A stretch of 64,000 nucleotides of DNA, taken from the NCBI GenBank assembly GCA_037444405.1, contig JBBIML010000016.1, positions 15,875 through 79,874 on the forward strand, written 5' to 3'. A model generated the notes under the pieces. That model made no database searches. It was given only the letters and a program-made list of their open reading frames with translations, and was not told the DNA's origin. This DNA comes from Armatimonadota bacterium. GTDB lineage: Bacteria > Armatimonadota > Fimbriimonadia > Fimbriimonadales > GBS-DC. Made by a program: the position numbers and the translations under genes. Shown one piece after another: positions 38,905 through 49,778 of the stretch. Position 1 is the first letter of the stretch. Each line of letters opens with the position of its first letter.

Positions 38905-40764
38905 ATGATTCATCTGATAGCAATTGCCATCATAGCTATTCTTTCTTCTTATAGTTCCTTCTCGCAGGTAAGAAATCTCGAACTCCACTACAAAGTGGAC
39001 GGAGAGAGCCGCTCTCACTTCTGGATGCAAGGGCTTCAGAATCAACCACCCACCAAACAGCCTGAGTGGAGCGCTATTAATCGTTTTTCTTATGATATTA
39101 TATTAACCTTGCTAAGGAAGAATCTGTGGCGAATAGATTGGAAAAACTGGCAGGTTAATGGCTTCATTCCCGAATCGTTCAAGCCACTGCTGGATTATGT
39201 TCAAAAAATCACTCCTGTATATGTGCATTGCTATTCTGGTGGACACCTGCAATTTGCATGTCCACGCATCAAGGAGGTATGGCAGCGCCAAGCCGTTGGT
39301 GGTATACTCTGGTACTTTCAGTTTGTACGCCCATCTCGCGATGCCTCAGAATGGCGCGTGAAGGAGGCACATCCAAGTGGAATGATTATTTGCCGATATC
39401 GACTGGTACGCCAAACCAAAACGGTTCGCATCTACCGCAAGAGTGTTGAGGAGGTTTTGATCCCAGCTGCCGAGAAGCAAATGGGCAAGCAACATCGAAT
39501 AGAGGGTTACTTAACTTACGAAATCAATCGCGAGGGTGTCATTATTCGGGTTAATGGAGCTCTCCGGGAGCGTGTAAATATGAATGGTATCCCAACTACG
39601 GATACAAAACAGACGATTCGAATCACTCTTCAGAAGCGTCGCCAGCTTGCTTCTTCGCGTTTATTAGTTTTGCAAAGTCAGGCGGAGCAGATTTTTCAGT
39701 CTCATTCCCGTTACTCACTATATGCCCCACCAACTGAAGAGGAACAAAGTCGCCTTCGGGCTCAGGGCATTCTTCAGGGCACTCAACCGGAGCAACTCTT
39801 GAAAGAGGCGGAGATATTCCGCCGAAACATGCCCAGCGACCCCCAGAAGCGTCAGGATTTGTTGACGGAACTGTCGCTGCGGCTGGAATCGGCTCTTATC
39901 CTGTATCCTGATAAAATGTTCCCAGCTATAAAAAAATGGCTGGAACAATCTGAAGCAGCTGATGAGTTTTACTGGACTCTCCTACGGCTTCTGACCGATT
40001 CATCCTCAGCTGAAGCGCAAGCCATTCTGCTGGAGCAATTAGACGCTTCCTCAGAAGAGAAGCGCTTAGCCGCAGCGCGTCAAATCGCCTGGTTGCGCCG
40101 ACCGTCACCCGACACTTTCCAAAAGCTCTGGCAGAGAGCGCAGAGCGCCGATGCCGGGCTACGCCCAACGCTGGAAATCAGCCTCAGTATCCTTGCTAAA
40201 TCTCTTCCTGATAGTGCGAAAAATCTGGTTGATCAGTTTGCTACCTGGGCGGCAAACAACCTGCAAAGCGCGATCGACGAAAATAATGAGCCGAACCAGA
40301 TTCACTGGCTGCGTGTGGCGATTAACCTGGCACATCCTATCTTCTGGGATACTGTAGCGAAGCTGGTGAAAAGTGGAGCGGAACAAGTGCGCCTGCTGGC
40401 TGTGGAAGCGTTAAGCAAGCAAGATATCAAGCGTGCGTTCCCTGTTCTGCGATCGAGTTTCGAAATGGAGCCGTCTCTATCGGTACGCGAAGCAATTGTT
40501 TCCTATGCTGCGCAGCACGGCTGGGAACTACCCGAGGTGCGCGTTTTCATAGAGTGGGTTGCATTTAACGATCCCGAATTGCGTATACGCAAGGCATGTG
40601 TACAGGGCCTGCTGGAGCTGGTGCCGAAAAATCAACAGGCTATCGATCTGCTGGCTCAGATTGCGGAGCGGAATTCGATGCCGGCTATTCGGCGCGAAGC
40701 GATGATCGCGCTGGCGGCTCTACATGCCAGCGGTATCAAAGTGCCCGATGTCAAGGGACGCTAA
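38905..40764 (+). CDS. Secreted protein: N-terminal beta domain + HEAT-like helical solenoid (vitellogenin/MTP N-terminal-like)
   Basis: AAGGAGG RBS, signal peptide, a beta-rich first ~260 aa, then HEAT-type repeats (VRLLAVEAL, VREA, IRKACV, IRREAMIAL). Lower GC than the flanks. Confidence 0.75.
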   Translation: MIHLIAIAIIAILSSYSSFSQVRNLELHYKVDGESRSHFWMQGLQNQPPTKQPEWSAINRFSYDIILTLLRKNLWRIDWKNWQVNGFIPESFKPLLDYVQKITPVYVHCYSGGHLQFACPRIKEVWQRQAVGGILWYFQFVRPSRDASEWRVKEAHPSGMIICRYRLVRQTKTVRIYRKSVEEVLIPAAEKQMGKQHRIEGYLTYEINREGVIIRVNGALRERVNMNGIPTTDTKQTIRITLQKRRQLASSRLLVLQSQAEQIFQSHSRYSLYAPPTEEEQSRLRAQGILQGTQPEQLLKEAEIFRRNMPSDPQKRQDLLTELSLRLESALILYPDKMFPAIKKWLEQSEAADEFYWTLLRLLTDSSSAEAQAILLEQLDASSEEKRLAAARQIAWLRRPSPDTFQKLWQRAQSADAGLRPTLEISLSILAKSLPDSAKNLVDQFATWAANNLQSAIDENNEPNQIHWLRVAINLAHPIFWDTVAKLVKSGAEQVRLLAVEALSKQDIKRAFPVLRSSFEMEPSLSVREAIVSYAAQHGWELPEVRVFIEWVAFNDPELRIRKACVQGLLELVPKNQQAIDLLAQIAERNSMPAIRREAMIALAALHASGIKVPDVKGR

Positions 40765-40773
40765 GGCGCACCA

Positions 40774-42147
40774 TTAGAACAAGATGGCCTTCGCTACCAA
40801 AAAATAGATGAGCAGCCCTGCGGCGTCTATTAAGGTGGTGATGGCGGGCGCGGACATCACCGCCGGGTCGATATTGAGCCGTTTGGCGAGCAGGGGCAAC
40901 ATCGCGCCCACCAGCGTCGCCAGCAGAATAATCAGCATCTGCGCGATGCCGACGGTGAGCGCCAGCCCAAATGCGATAGCGCGATGGCGGGGGTCGATCC
41001 ATGTCCAGAAGAAGGCGTTGGCGATGCCGATCAGTCCGATAATGGCTCCAAGCAGCAGCCCTGTCAGCGCCTCGCGCCCCATCACGCGCAGAATCTGTCC
41101 CCAGCGCACCTCACCCAAGGCGATCGCGCGGGTGACGGTGGTGGTGGTCTGGGCGCCCGCGTTGCCGCCCGTACCAATCAGCAGCGGCACAAACCACGCC
41201 AGTGCCGTCACCGCGCTCAACTCCTCATCATAGTGGCGCAATACCGTGCCCGTGAGCCGCTCGGCAATAAACAGCAGAATGAGCCAGCGCACCCGCTTGC
41301 GCACCAGATCCCACGGCGACTGGCTCAGATACGGCTCTTCGGTCGCCTCCACCGCGCCCAGCTTCAGCACATCCTCCGTGCTTTCACTCACCAGAATATC
41401 GACCACATCGTCGATGGTTACAATCCCCAGCATGCGCCCCAGCTCGTCCACCACTGGCACGGCTAACAGGTCATACTTGGAGAGCAGGTTCGCGACCTCT
41501 TCCTGGTCGGTGGCGGGCTGAACCACCACCAGGTCGGTCTCCATAATCTGCTCGATGCGCTTGCTGGGGTCTGCCAGCACCAGCTCGCGCAGGGAACAGA
41601 CGCCCACCAGCCGCTGGCGCGTGTCCACCGCATAAAGATAGTAGATGGTCTCGATGTCGGGTCCGATCTGGCGCAGGTGGTCGAGGGCTTGTTCGACCGT
41701 CCATTCGGGTCGCACGCGCACATACTGGCGCACCATCAGGCGTCCAGCGGTGTTGGGGGGATATTCGAGCAGTTCGCGCACATCGCGGGCTTCAGGCGGC
41801 GCCATCTGCTGGAGCAGGGCTTCGGCTTTTGGCTCCTCCAGCTCCTCAAGAATCTGAGCAGCGTCGTCGGCGGGCAGAGCCTGCAGCAAGCGGGCGGCTT
41901 TGTCCAGCGGGATATGCTCGAAAATCTCTTCCACCAGCACGGGTTCGAGGTAGTCCAGCGCTTCGGCTGCCTGTTCTTCGGGCATCTGGACAAGCACCAG
42001 CGCCTGCTGGGCGGGGTCATCCAGCAGGGTGAGCGCTTCGGCGATATCCTGTGGCGGGATGTCCTGCACAATCGCAGGGATCAGCCCGTCGGTCGCCTGC
42101 AGTTCCTCGCGCAATCGCTCCGCCAGTGCCTCCACACGCTCCGGCAT
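40774..42147 (-). CDS. mgtE: Magnesium transporter MgtE
   Basis: YPPNTAGRLM, a CBS pair, GTGGNAGAQ and DPAVMSAPAITTLID. Confidence 0.96.
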   Translation of the reverse strand: MPERVEALAERLREELQATDGLIPAIVQDIPPQDIAEALTLLDDPAQQALVLVQMPEEQAAEALDYLEPVLVEEIFEHIPLDKAARLLQALPADDAAQILEELEEPKAEALLQQMAPPEARDVRELLEYPPNTAGRLMVRQYVRVRPEWTVEQALDHLRQIGPDIETIYYLYAVDTRQRLVGVCSLRELVLADPSKRIEQIMETDLVVVQPATDQEEVANLLSKYDLLAVPVVDELGRMLGIVTIDDVVDILVSESTEDVLKLGAVEATEEPYLSQSPWDLVRKRVRWLILLFIAERLTGTVLRHYDEELSAVTALAWFVPLLIGTGGNAGAQTTTTVTRAIALGEVRWGQILRVMGREALTGLLLGAIIGLIGIANAFFWTWIDPRHRAIAFGLALTVGIAQMLIILLATLVGAMLPLLAKRLNIDPAVMSAPAITTLIDAAGLLIYFLVAKAILF

Positions 42148-42216
42148 CCTCTCACCTCCGTGCGGGGGAAGATAAACCCATAGAGTATACCCCCTCTGGA
42201 GGTATCCTGATTCGGG

Positions 42217-43512
42217 ATGCAATCGAGTCTGTTTGGGGAGAATCGGGCGGCGGCGCGGTTGCCGCTGGCAACCCGCATGCGCCCGCGCACCTTCGACGAG
42301 TTCGTGGGTCAGCAGCACCTGCTCGCGCCCGGCATGCCTATCCGTCAGGCAATCGAGCAGGGCACGCTGGGGTCGGTGATTCTGTGGGCGCCGCCAGGGT
42401 GTGGTAAGACCAGCCTCGCCTACCTGATCGCACACTATTCGGGCGCGTTTGTGGAAGCGCACAGCGCTGTCAGCGTCGGCATCGCCGAGATTCGCAAATT
42501 GGCAGAACGCGCCCGCCACCGCCAGCGCACCAGCGGTCAGCCCACCCTGCTGGTGCTGGACGAAATCCACCACTTCAACCGCACCCAGCAGGACGCCCTG
42601 CTGGGCTATCTGGAGGACGGAACCTTCACGCTGGTGGGCGCGACGACTGAGAACCCGTTTTTTATTCTCTCCAACGCCCTGCTCTCACGGGCGCGGGTGC
42701 TGACCCTCCAGCCGCTCAGCGATGAGGAGGTGCGCCTGCTGATTGAACGCGCGCTCCGCGATACCGAGCGCGGACTGGGCGAGCTGAACCTGCAGATGGA
42801 ACCCGACGCGCTGAGCCACCTGATACGGAGCGCGAACGGCGACGCCCGCCTCGCGCTCAATATCCTGGAGACCGCCGCCATGCAAACGCCACCCAGCGGC
42901 ACCATCCCGCTCGCGCTGATCGAGCAGCTCCTGCAGAAACCGATGGTGCGCTACGACCAGCAGGGCGACTATCACTACGACACCATCTCGGCGTTCATCA
43001 AGTCGGTTCGGGGCAGCGACCCCGACGCCGCCCTGCACTATCTGGCGCGAATGCTGATAGCAGGCGAGGACCCACGCTTCATCATGCGACGGCTGCTGAT
43101 TCTGGCGAGCGAGGATGTGGGCAACGCGAACCCGCTGGGGCTGGTGGTGGCATCGGCGGGCGCACAGGCTATCGAGCGCGTCGGCATGCCCGAAGCCCAG
43201 CTCATTCTGGCGCATGTGACGGTCTATCTGGCAACCTCGCCCAAGAGCAACGCCTGCTATCGCGCCCTGCAGCGGGCACTGCGCGATGTCCAGCAAAAAC
43301 CTCTGCCACCCATCCCGTTGCATCTGCGGAACGCGCCCCATCCCGCGCTCAGAGAGATGGGACATGCGGAAGGCTGGGCGCCCCAAACTTACCTGCCCGA
43401 AGGCGACTGGCAACTGCCCTACTACGAACCCACCGCGCGCGGCGACGAAGCCCGTATCCAGGAATTCCTCAACTATTTACGCCATTTAAAGACTGCTCAG
43501 AAAAACGAGTAA
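42217..43512 (+). CDS. rarA: Replication-associated recombination protein A
   Basis: PLATRMRP, PPGCGKT, DEIH, GATTENP, SAFIKSVRGSDPDA and ASEDVG. Confidence 0.95.
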   Translation: MQSSLFGENRAAARLPLATRMRPRTFDEFVGQQHLLAPGMPIRQAIEQGTLGSVILWAPPGCGKTSLAYLIAHYSGAFVEAHSAVSVGIAEIRKLAERARHRQRTSGQPTLLVLDEIHHFNRTQQDALLGYLEDGTFTLVGATTENPFFILSNALLSRARVLTLQPLSDEEVRLLIERALRDTERGLGELNLQMEPDALSHLIRSANGDARLALNILETAAMQTPPSGTIPLALIEQLLQKPMVRYDQQGDYHYDTISAFIKSVRGSDPDAALHYLARMLIAGEDPRFIMRRLLILASEDVGNANPLGLVVASAGAQAIERVGMPEAQLILAHVTVYLATSPKSNACYRALQRALRDVQQKPLPPIPLHLRNAPHPALREMGHAEGWAPQTYLPEGDWQLPYYEPTARGDEARIQEFLNYLRHLKTAQKNE

Positions 43513-43583
43513 GGCATAGCCCCATCGCGAACCTGCAGCAACCCTGTAGCCTGATGGCGGCTGGCAGGGGTATACTGTTTCCC

Positions 43584-44393
43584 ATGCAGACGCGCGTCCT
43601 GATTGTGGCGATTGCAGCGGGTCTCTTTGCGCTGGCAGCCGATAACAAGCCGAAGACCTTCACGGAACGCCTGCCCGGCACCACCGTGCAGTTCGAGATG
43701 GTGGAAATCCCGGCGGGCACGATAGAGATGTCCGATCCCGGCGACCCGAACAGAACCCTCACCGTTTCCATCAAACGCTTCTGGATTGGCAGGACGGAGG
43801 TCACCTGGGACGAGTACGGCACCTACGCTTTCAATCAGGAGATTGCGTCGGTGGAAAAGGAGCGCGGCGCCGACGCGATTGCCAAGCCGAGCAAGCCGTA
43901 TGGCGCCATCGACCGCGGCTACGGCTATGAGGGCTATCCTGCGATCGGCATGACCTATGTGGCTGCCCAGCGCTACTGTGAATGGCTCAGCCGCATGACG
44001 GGCAAAAAGTATCGCCTGCCAACCGAAGCCGAGTGGGAGTACGCCTGCCGTGCAGGCGTGCTGAAGCGCGAACCCCTGCCCGCCGAACAACTGCAAAAGA
44101 TGGCGTGGTACAGAGAGAACTCTAACAACAAGCCCCAGCCTGTGGGCAAAAAGACGCCGAATGCGTGGGGCTTGTATGACATGCTGGGCAATGTGATGGA
44201 GTGGTGTCAGGGTCTGGATGGCAAGCCCATCGCCTGCGGCGGCTCCTTCAAAGACCCCGCCGAGAAGGTGCATCCGGGCGCCCGCGAACGCCAGACACCC
44301 CAGTGGAACATGACCGACCCCCAGTACCCCAAAAGCCGCTGGTGGCTCTCCGATGCACCCTTCGTGGGTTTCAGGGTTATCTGCGAGGAGTAG
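43584..44393 (+). CDS. Secreted SUMF1/formylglycine-generating-enzyme family protein
   Basis: TEVTWDEY, RLPTEAEWEYACRAG, PNAWGLYDMLGNVMEW and GFRV. Confidence 0.9.
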   Translation: MQTRVLIVAIAAGLFALAADNKPKTFTERLPGTTVQFEMVEIPAGTIEMSDPGDPNRTLTVSIKRFWIGRTEVTWDEYGTYAFNQEIASVEKERGADAIAKPSKPYGAIDRGYGYEGYPAIGMTYVAAQRYCEWLSRMTGKKYRLPTEAEWEYACRAGVLKREPLPAEQLQKMAWYRENSNNKPQPVGKKTPNAWGLYDMLGNVMEWCQGLDGKPIACGGSFKDPAEKVHPGARERQTPQWNMTDPQYPKSRWWLSDAPFVGFRVICEE

Positions 44394-44489
44394 GTTCGCT
44401 GGCACTTTTTCAGCCAGCATGCGGTATAATCCTTATGGCGAGCAGTCGATAATGGAGCGTATAACCAAATCGGTTTCTACAGGAGGCGT

Positions 44490-46436
44490 ATGTTGAGCAA
44501 GAATGCACGGTCTGTTGTGACCCTGGTGGGGCTGGTGGTGATTGTGCTGATAGTGATGCAGTACCTGACCCATCTCCAGCCTCAGGGTGTCCGCGAGTTG
44601 AGCTATACCGAGCTGGTGCGCGAGGTGAGCAGCCGCACCGTGGCGGAGGTGACCGTTCAGGGCACGCGGCTCAACGGCACTTTCAAAGACGGTTCGCGCT
44701 TCTACGCCACCCTGCCCCCTGAAGGCGAAGCCCGCAACCAGCTCTACAAGCTGATGACCGACGCCAGCGTGCGGCTGAAGTTCTCGGAAGACAGCCGCAT
44801 GCCCGATTTTGTGGGGCAGGTGCTGGTGATGTTCTTCGTGCTGGTGCTGGCGGGGCTGCTGTTCTATTTGCTGCTGGTGCGCCCCGCGCAGGCAGGCAAC
44901 AACCAGGCGTTTTCGTTCGGCAAAGCGCGCGCCCGCCGCTACAACGAGAGTATCCCGCGCGTGACCTTCGACGATGTGGCGGGCGTGGACGAAGCAAAAC
45001 AGGAGCTCGCCGAGATTGTGGACTACCTGAAAAACACGCGCAAGTACCAGGCGCTGGGCGCCAAAATCCCCAAAGGCGTGCTGCTGCTGGGACCGCCCGG
45101 CTGCGGCAAGACGCTGCTGGCGCGGGCAGTGGCAGGCGAGGCGGGCGTGCCCTTCTTCCATATCAGCGGCTCCGACTTCGTGGAGATGTTCGTCGGCGTG
45201 GGCGCTGCCCGCGTGCGCGACCTGTTCGAAAACGCCAAAGCGAACCGCCCCGCGCTCATCTTCATCGATGAGATCGACGCCGTCGGACGCCTGCGCGGCG
45301 CAGGGCTGGGCGGCGGACACGACGAACGCGAGCAAACGCTCAACCAGCTGCTCGTGGAGATGGACGGCTTCGACCCGAACCTCGGCATCATTGTGATTGC
45401 CGCGACGAACCGCCCCGATATTCTGGACCCCGCCCTGCTGCGACCAGGACGGTTCGACCGCCATGTGGTGGTGGATCCACCCGATGTGGAGGGACGCCGC
45501 AAGATTCTGGAAGTTCACACGCGCGGCAAGCCGCTCGGACACGATGTCGACCTCGACCTGCTGGCGAAGCGCACGCCGGGCTTCACAGGCGCCGATTTAG
45601 CCAATCTGGTGAACGAAGCCGCGCTGATCGCCGCCCGACGCAACAAGACCCGCATCACAATGGAAGATTTCGAGGAGGCGACCGACCGCGTCATCGCCGG
45701 TCCTCAGCGGCGCAACCGCGTGATTGACCAGCAGGAGCGCACGATGATTGCCTACCACGAGGTCGGGCACGCGATTGTGGGCGAGACGCTGCCGAACGCC
45801 GACCCCGTGCATAAGATTTCGATTTTGCCGCGCGGCATGGCGCTCGGCTACACGGTACAGATGCCCGAACGCGACCGCTATCTCTACACAAAGGCTGCCC
45901 TGCTGGATCGGATCACAGCGCTGCTGGGCGGGCGTGTGGCGGAAGAGATTGTGTTCGGCGAGGTGGGCACAGGCGCCCAGGACGACCTGCGCCGTGCCAC
46001 CGAAATCGCCCGCGCGATGGTCACCGAGTACGGCATGAGCGAACGGCTCGGACCGCTCACCTTCGGGCGACGGCACGGCAGCCCCTTCCTGGGACGCGAC
46101 CTGATGGAAGACCGCAACTACAGCGAGCAAATCGCCTACGAGATCGATCAGGAAGTGCGCCAGATTATTGAGAGCTGCTACGAGCGGGCGCGGCAAATCC
46201 TGCTGGAGAACCGCGACAAAATGGATCGGATTGCGCAGGCGCTGCTGGAGCAGGAGAGCCTCACACGCGAGGAGTTCCTCGCGCTGCTTCAGGGCGAGGC
46301 GGCGCCCGCTGTGTCGCCAGCGCCCGCCACGACCGCGCCTGCCGAAACCAGCCCCGCTGAACCCGCCGAGAAGGGCGAATCGGCGGAGGCGTCGCCCACC
46401 TCCAAGCGCCTCAAGCCGCGCACCGCACCCGGCTAA
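44490..46436 (+). CDS. ftsH: ATP-dependent zinc metalloprotease FtsH
   Basis: Two TM helices, [30 protein letters not shown] and HEVGH. Confidence 0.97.
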   Translation: MLSKNARSVVTLVGLVVIVLIVMQYLTHLQPQGVRELSYTELVREVSSRTVAEVTVQGTRLNGTFKDGSRFYATLPPEGEARNQLYKLMTDASVRLKFSEDSRMPDFVGQVLVMFFVLVLAGLLFYLLLVRPAQAGNNQAFSFGKARARRYNESIPRVTFDDVAGVDEAKQELAEIVDYLKNTRKYQALGAKIPKGVLLLGPPGCGKTLLARAVAGEAGVPFFHISGSDFVEMFVGVGAARVRDLFENAKANRPALIFIDEIDAVGRLRGAGLGGGHDEREQTLNQLLVEMDGFDPNLGIIVIAATNRPDILDPALLRPGRFDRHVVVDPPDVEGRRKILEVHTRGKPLGHDVDLDLLAKRTPGFTGADLANLVNEAALIAARRNKTRITMEDFEEATDRVIAGPQRRNRVIDQQERTMIAYHEVGHAIVGETLPNADPVHKISILPRGMALGYTVQMPERDRYLYTKAALLDRITALLGGRVAEEIVFGEVGTGAQDDLRRATEIARAMVTEYGMSERLGPLTFGRRHGSPFLGRDLMEDRNYSEQIAYEIDQEVRQIIESCYERARQILLENRDKMDRIAQALLEQESLTREEFLALLQGEAAPAVSPAPATTAPAETSPAEPAEKGESAEASPTSKRLKPRTAPG

Positions 46437-46472
46437 CCGCGCAGTTCGCGGCACAGAAGCACCGTTCCATGC

Positions 46473-46636
46473 TCCCTCCCCCTCCGGAGAGAGGGTACGG
46501 GTGAGGGGCAAACGCAAAAGCGGGTATAATTGCATCGCGTCTGGGGAGAGGGTACGGGTGAGAGGGCATTCTTGGGCGAGACGTCCAGGTCACGCAAGGG
46601 TACGGGTGAGGGGCAAACGCAAAAGCGGGTATAATT
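46473..46636. repeat. Family-B REP cluster with an exact 40-bp direct repeat
   Basis: agggtacgggtgaggggcaaacgcaaaagcgggtataatt at 46492-46531 and 46597-46636. Confidence 0.85.
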
Positions 46637-46689
46637 AAGCACAGACCGCCCTGACGCTGACCAGCGGCAGGGAACTGACCTGAAAACGA

Positions 46690-46763
<74 letters not shown>

Positions 46764-46848
46764 ACCACAGATTGATACCTCCCCATCACAGCCCACAATA
46801 GAGGGTATACTGCAACTGTTCAGCAACGCAGGAGAGAAGCCGATAACG

Positions 46849-49113
46849 ATGGAGCTCGCGACCCTGGAAAACTGGCTCTGGGAAGCAGCGTGCGCGATTC
46901 GCGGTCCCGTAGAGGCGCCAAAGTTCAAAGACTATATCTTGCCGCTGGTCTTTCTCAAACGCCTCTCGGATGTGTTCGACGACGAGATGGCGCGCCTTGC
47001 GCAGGAGTATGGCAGTCGCAAGGCGGCGGAGCAGCTGGTAGAGGGCGAGCGTGAGCACGGGACTATCGCGAAGGGCAGCGGCATCGTGCGCTTTTACATT
47101 CCCCCCAACGCACGCTGGGACGCCATCCGTCGCCATGCACGCGCAGGGCTGGGACAGTTCCTCACCGATGCCGTGCGCTCGGTAGCGAAAGAAAACCCGC
47201 GCCTGCACGGAGTCATCGATGTGGTGGACTTCAACGCCACCGCCGCCGGTCAGCGCATTATTGCCGACGAGTATCTCTACAAGCTGGTGGAGGTGCTGTC
47301 CAAACATCGGCTGGGGCTGAACGATGCGGAGCCTGATATTCTGGGGTGCGCCTATGAATACCTCCTGCGCAAGTTCGCCGAAGGGCAGGGACAGAGCGTG
47401 GGCGAATTCTACACCCCACGCGAGGTCGCGATTCTGATGGCGCGACTTCTGGAACCCGAACCCGGCATGACAGTGTATGACCCTGCCTGCGGTTCGGGCG
47501 GCTTGCTGGTCAAGTGCCACCTGCGCCTGCTGGAAACACACGGCGTGCTGGAGAACGGTCGGCGCGTCCTACCCTCTCAGTATGCGCCCCTGCGTCTCTA
47601 TGGGCAGGAGATTAACCCCACCACCTTCGCAATTGCCCGCATGAACGCCGTCATCCACGATATGGAAGCCGACATCCGCCTGGGCGATACCATGCGCCAG
47701 CCTGCTTTCAAAGACCACGCAGGGCGCCTGCAGACCTTTGACCTGGTGGTGGCGAACCCGATGTGGAACCAGAAGTTCCCAACCGGGCTGTACGAAAATG
47801 ACCCCTACGACCGCTTCCGCTACGGAGCGCCGCCCTCCTCCAGCGCGGATTGGGGCTGGCTCCAGCACATGCTCGCCTCGCTGAAAGAGGGCGGGCGCAT
47901 GGCGGTGGTGCTGGACACAGGCGCGGTCAGTCGCGGCAGCGGTAATCAGGGTTCCAACCGCGAGCGCGATATCCGCAAAGCCTTCGTGGAAAAAGACCTC
48001 ATCGAGGCGGTCATCCTGCTCCCCGAAAACCTTTTCTACAACACGACCGCGCCCGGCATCATTCTCATCATCAACCGCCGCGCCAATATCTTTGTGTTGA
48101 TTGATGAGGCGCACCGCACCACAGGGGGCGATCTGGGCAACTACCTGATGGGCGCACTGCCGAGTGCCACCTTTATCGGCTTCACTGGCACGCCTATCGA
48201 TAAAACGCAATACGGCAAGGGCACTTTCAAGGTCTTCGGGGGGAACGATTCGGACGGCTATCTGGACAAATATTCGATTCGGGAATCGATTCAGGATGGT
48301 GCGACCGTGCCCCTGCATTATCAGATGGCGCCCAACGACCTGATTGTGGATCGCGAGGCGATGGAGCGCGAGTTCTGGGCAGCCGCCGAGCGGGAGGAGA
48401 CCTACGAGATTCTGTCGCCCGACGCCTTCCTGCGCCCCTATCTGGACGATTACCAGCGCCTTGTGGAGATGTATCGCCTGCTTCGGGGTGCGTATGAGCC
48501 GCATATCCCTGTGGAGAAATCGTTCCTGCGCAAGACCGCCGAGATTGTGCAGCAGCACACCTCCACGCAGAAAGTGCAGGAGGCGGGCGCAACCTACCAT
48601 ATTGGGGTGGAGGCGTTGCTGGCGCTGGTGAAAGAATCGAAGTCCGACACCGTGAAGGTGTTCAACCTGTTGCGGGAGTTGCACCGCCTTGTGGAAGCCG
48701 AGGGGCGCAGGCAAGCCCATCTAATCCCGATTGGCGAGCGGGCGGAGGCGTTGCGCCGCGCGTTTGAGGAGCGCCAGTTCGAGAGCCAGCAGGCGCTCGC
48801 CGAACTGGAGAGCCTGGTGTGCAGTTTGAAAGAGGCGCAGAAGCAGCGTCGCCAGAGCCAGCTCTCTTCCGAGGCATTCGCTGTGGGATGGTGGGCGCGA
48901 CTGCAGAAAGGGCTGGAGCCAAAAAAGGCGGAGCAACTGGCGCGTGCGGTAGAGCCGTTGCTCCAGCGGTACCCGTATTGGGCAACCAGCGTCCAGCAGG
49001 AGCGTGAGCTGCGCCAGGCGCTCTACAAGGCGCTTATGGGTTGTGGTGTGCAGAAGGAGGTCGTCGAATGGGTAGAAGGAATACTGGAGCTGCTACGGAA
49101 GGCACTCGCGTGA
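46849..49113 (+). pseudogene. Type I R-M remnant: HsdM fused in frame to internal and C-terminal HsdR fragments
   Basis: HsdM motifs (LWEAAC, EFYTP, DPACGSGG, NPMW, LPENLFYNT) switch at ~48080 to HsdR IDEAHRT/FTGTP/YSIRESIQDG, then jump at ~48390 to the HsdR C-terminus. No hsdS. Confidence 0.85.
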
Positions 49114-49418
49114 ACAGCCCCTCGCCGCTGGGCGAGGCGGTGGCGTGCGATGTTCTTGTTGCTGAGGCGCGCGCGTGGGCACGGCGTATCGGCGTGGAGG
49201 AGCGCCTGCGCGAGATTCACATACGCCCCATGCGGCGCAAGTGGGCGAGCATCTCCACACGCGGACGCCTGACCCTCAGTCGCGACCTGCTGACCCAGCC
49301 CGCCGCGTTCCGCGCGCAGGTGATTGTGCATGAGCTGGTGCATCTGAAGCTGGGCAACGGCTCGCATGGGCGGCTGTTTCGCGCGCTGGTGCGGGCATAT
49401 CTGGACGACAGGGTTTGA
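49110..49418 (+). CDS. Short YgjP/DUF45-like (M48) metallopeptidase associated with type I R-M
   Basis: IRPMRRKWASIS, VIVHELVHL and HGRLF. GTGA overlap with the upstream stop. Confidence 0.85.
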   Translation: MNSPSPLGEAVACDVLVAEARAWARRIGVEERLREIHIRPMRRKWASISTRGRLTLSRDLLTQPAAFRAQVIVHELVHLKLGNGSHGRLFRALVRAYLDDRV

Positions 49419-49448
49419 ACCGCTGTATGCCGGCTCCAGAATAAAAAC

Positions 49449-49522
49449 TGGCTGCGGGGGGTGGATTCGAACCACCACTACCAGATCCAGAGTCTGGCGT
49501 CCTGCCGTTAGACGACCCCGCA
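49449..49522 (-). tRNA. tRNA-Gln (CTG)
   Basis: Reverse complement TGCGGGG...ccaga-ctCTGga-tctgg...GGTTCGAATCC...CCCCGCAGCCA. Confidence 0.97.
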
Positions 49523-49564
49523 GCGCATGACGATTGTACCCGTTCCACCCCGCACCGTGTCAAG

Positions 49565-49653
49565 CCCCTCACCCCAACCCTCTCCCCAGCGGGGAGAGGG
49601 AGAAACGAAGCCCCTCTCCCCCGCCTGCGGGGGAGAGGGTACGGGTGAGAGGG
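49565..49653. repeat. Family-B REP doublet
   Basis: ccctcaccc...ccctctcccc-agc-ggggagaggg and ccctctccccc-gcctgc-gggggagagggtacgggtgagaggg. Confidence 0.8.
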
Positions 49654-49778
49654 CTTCACTCAGGTTGATATTATGCCCCAAATTTTCGAACAGCCTCAGC
49701 CCTTATGAGGGAGCCAGGTTAACTCCTCTCCCCCTTCAGGGAGCAGAGGTATACTGAAGGTGTGGGGAGCGCTCGCGT

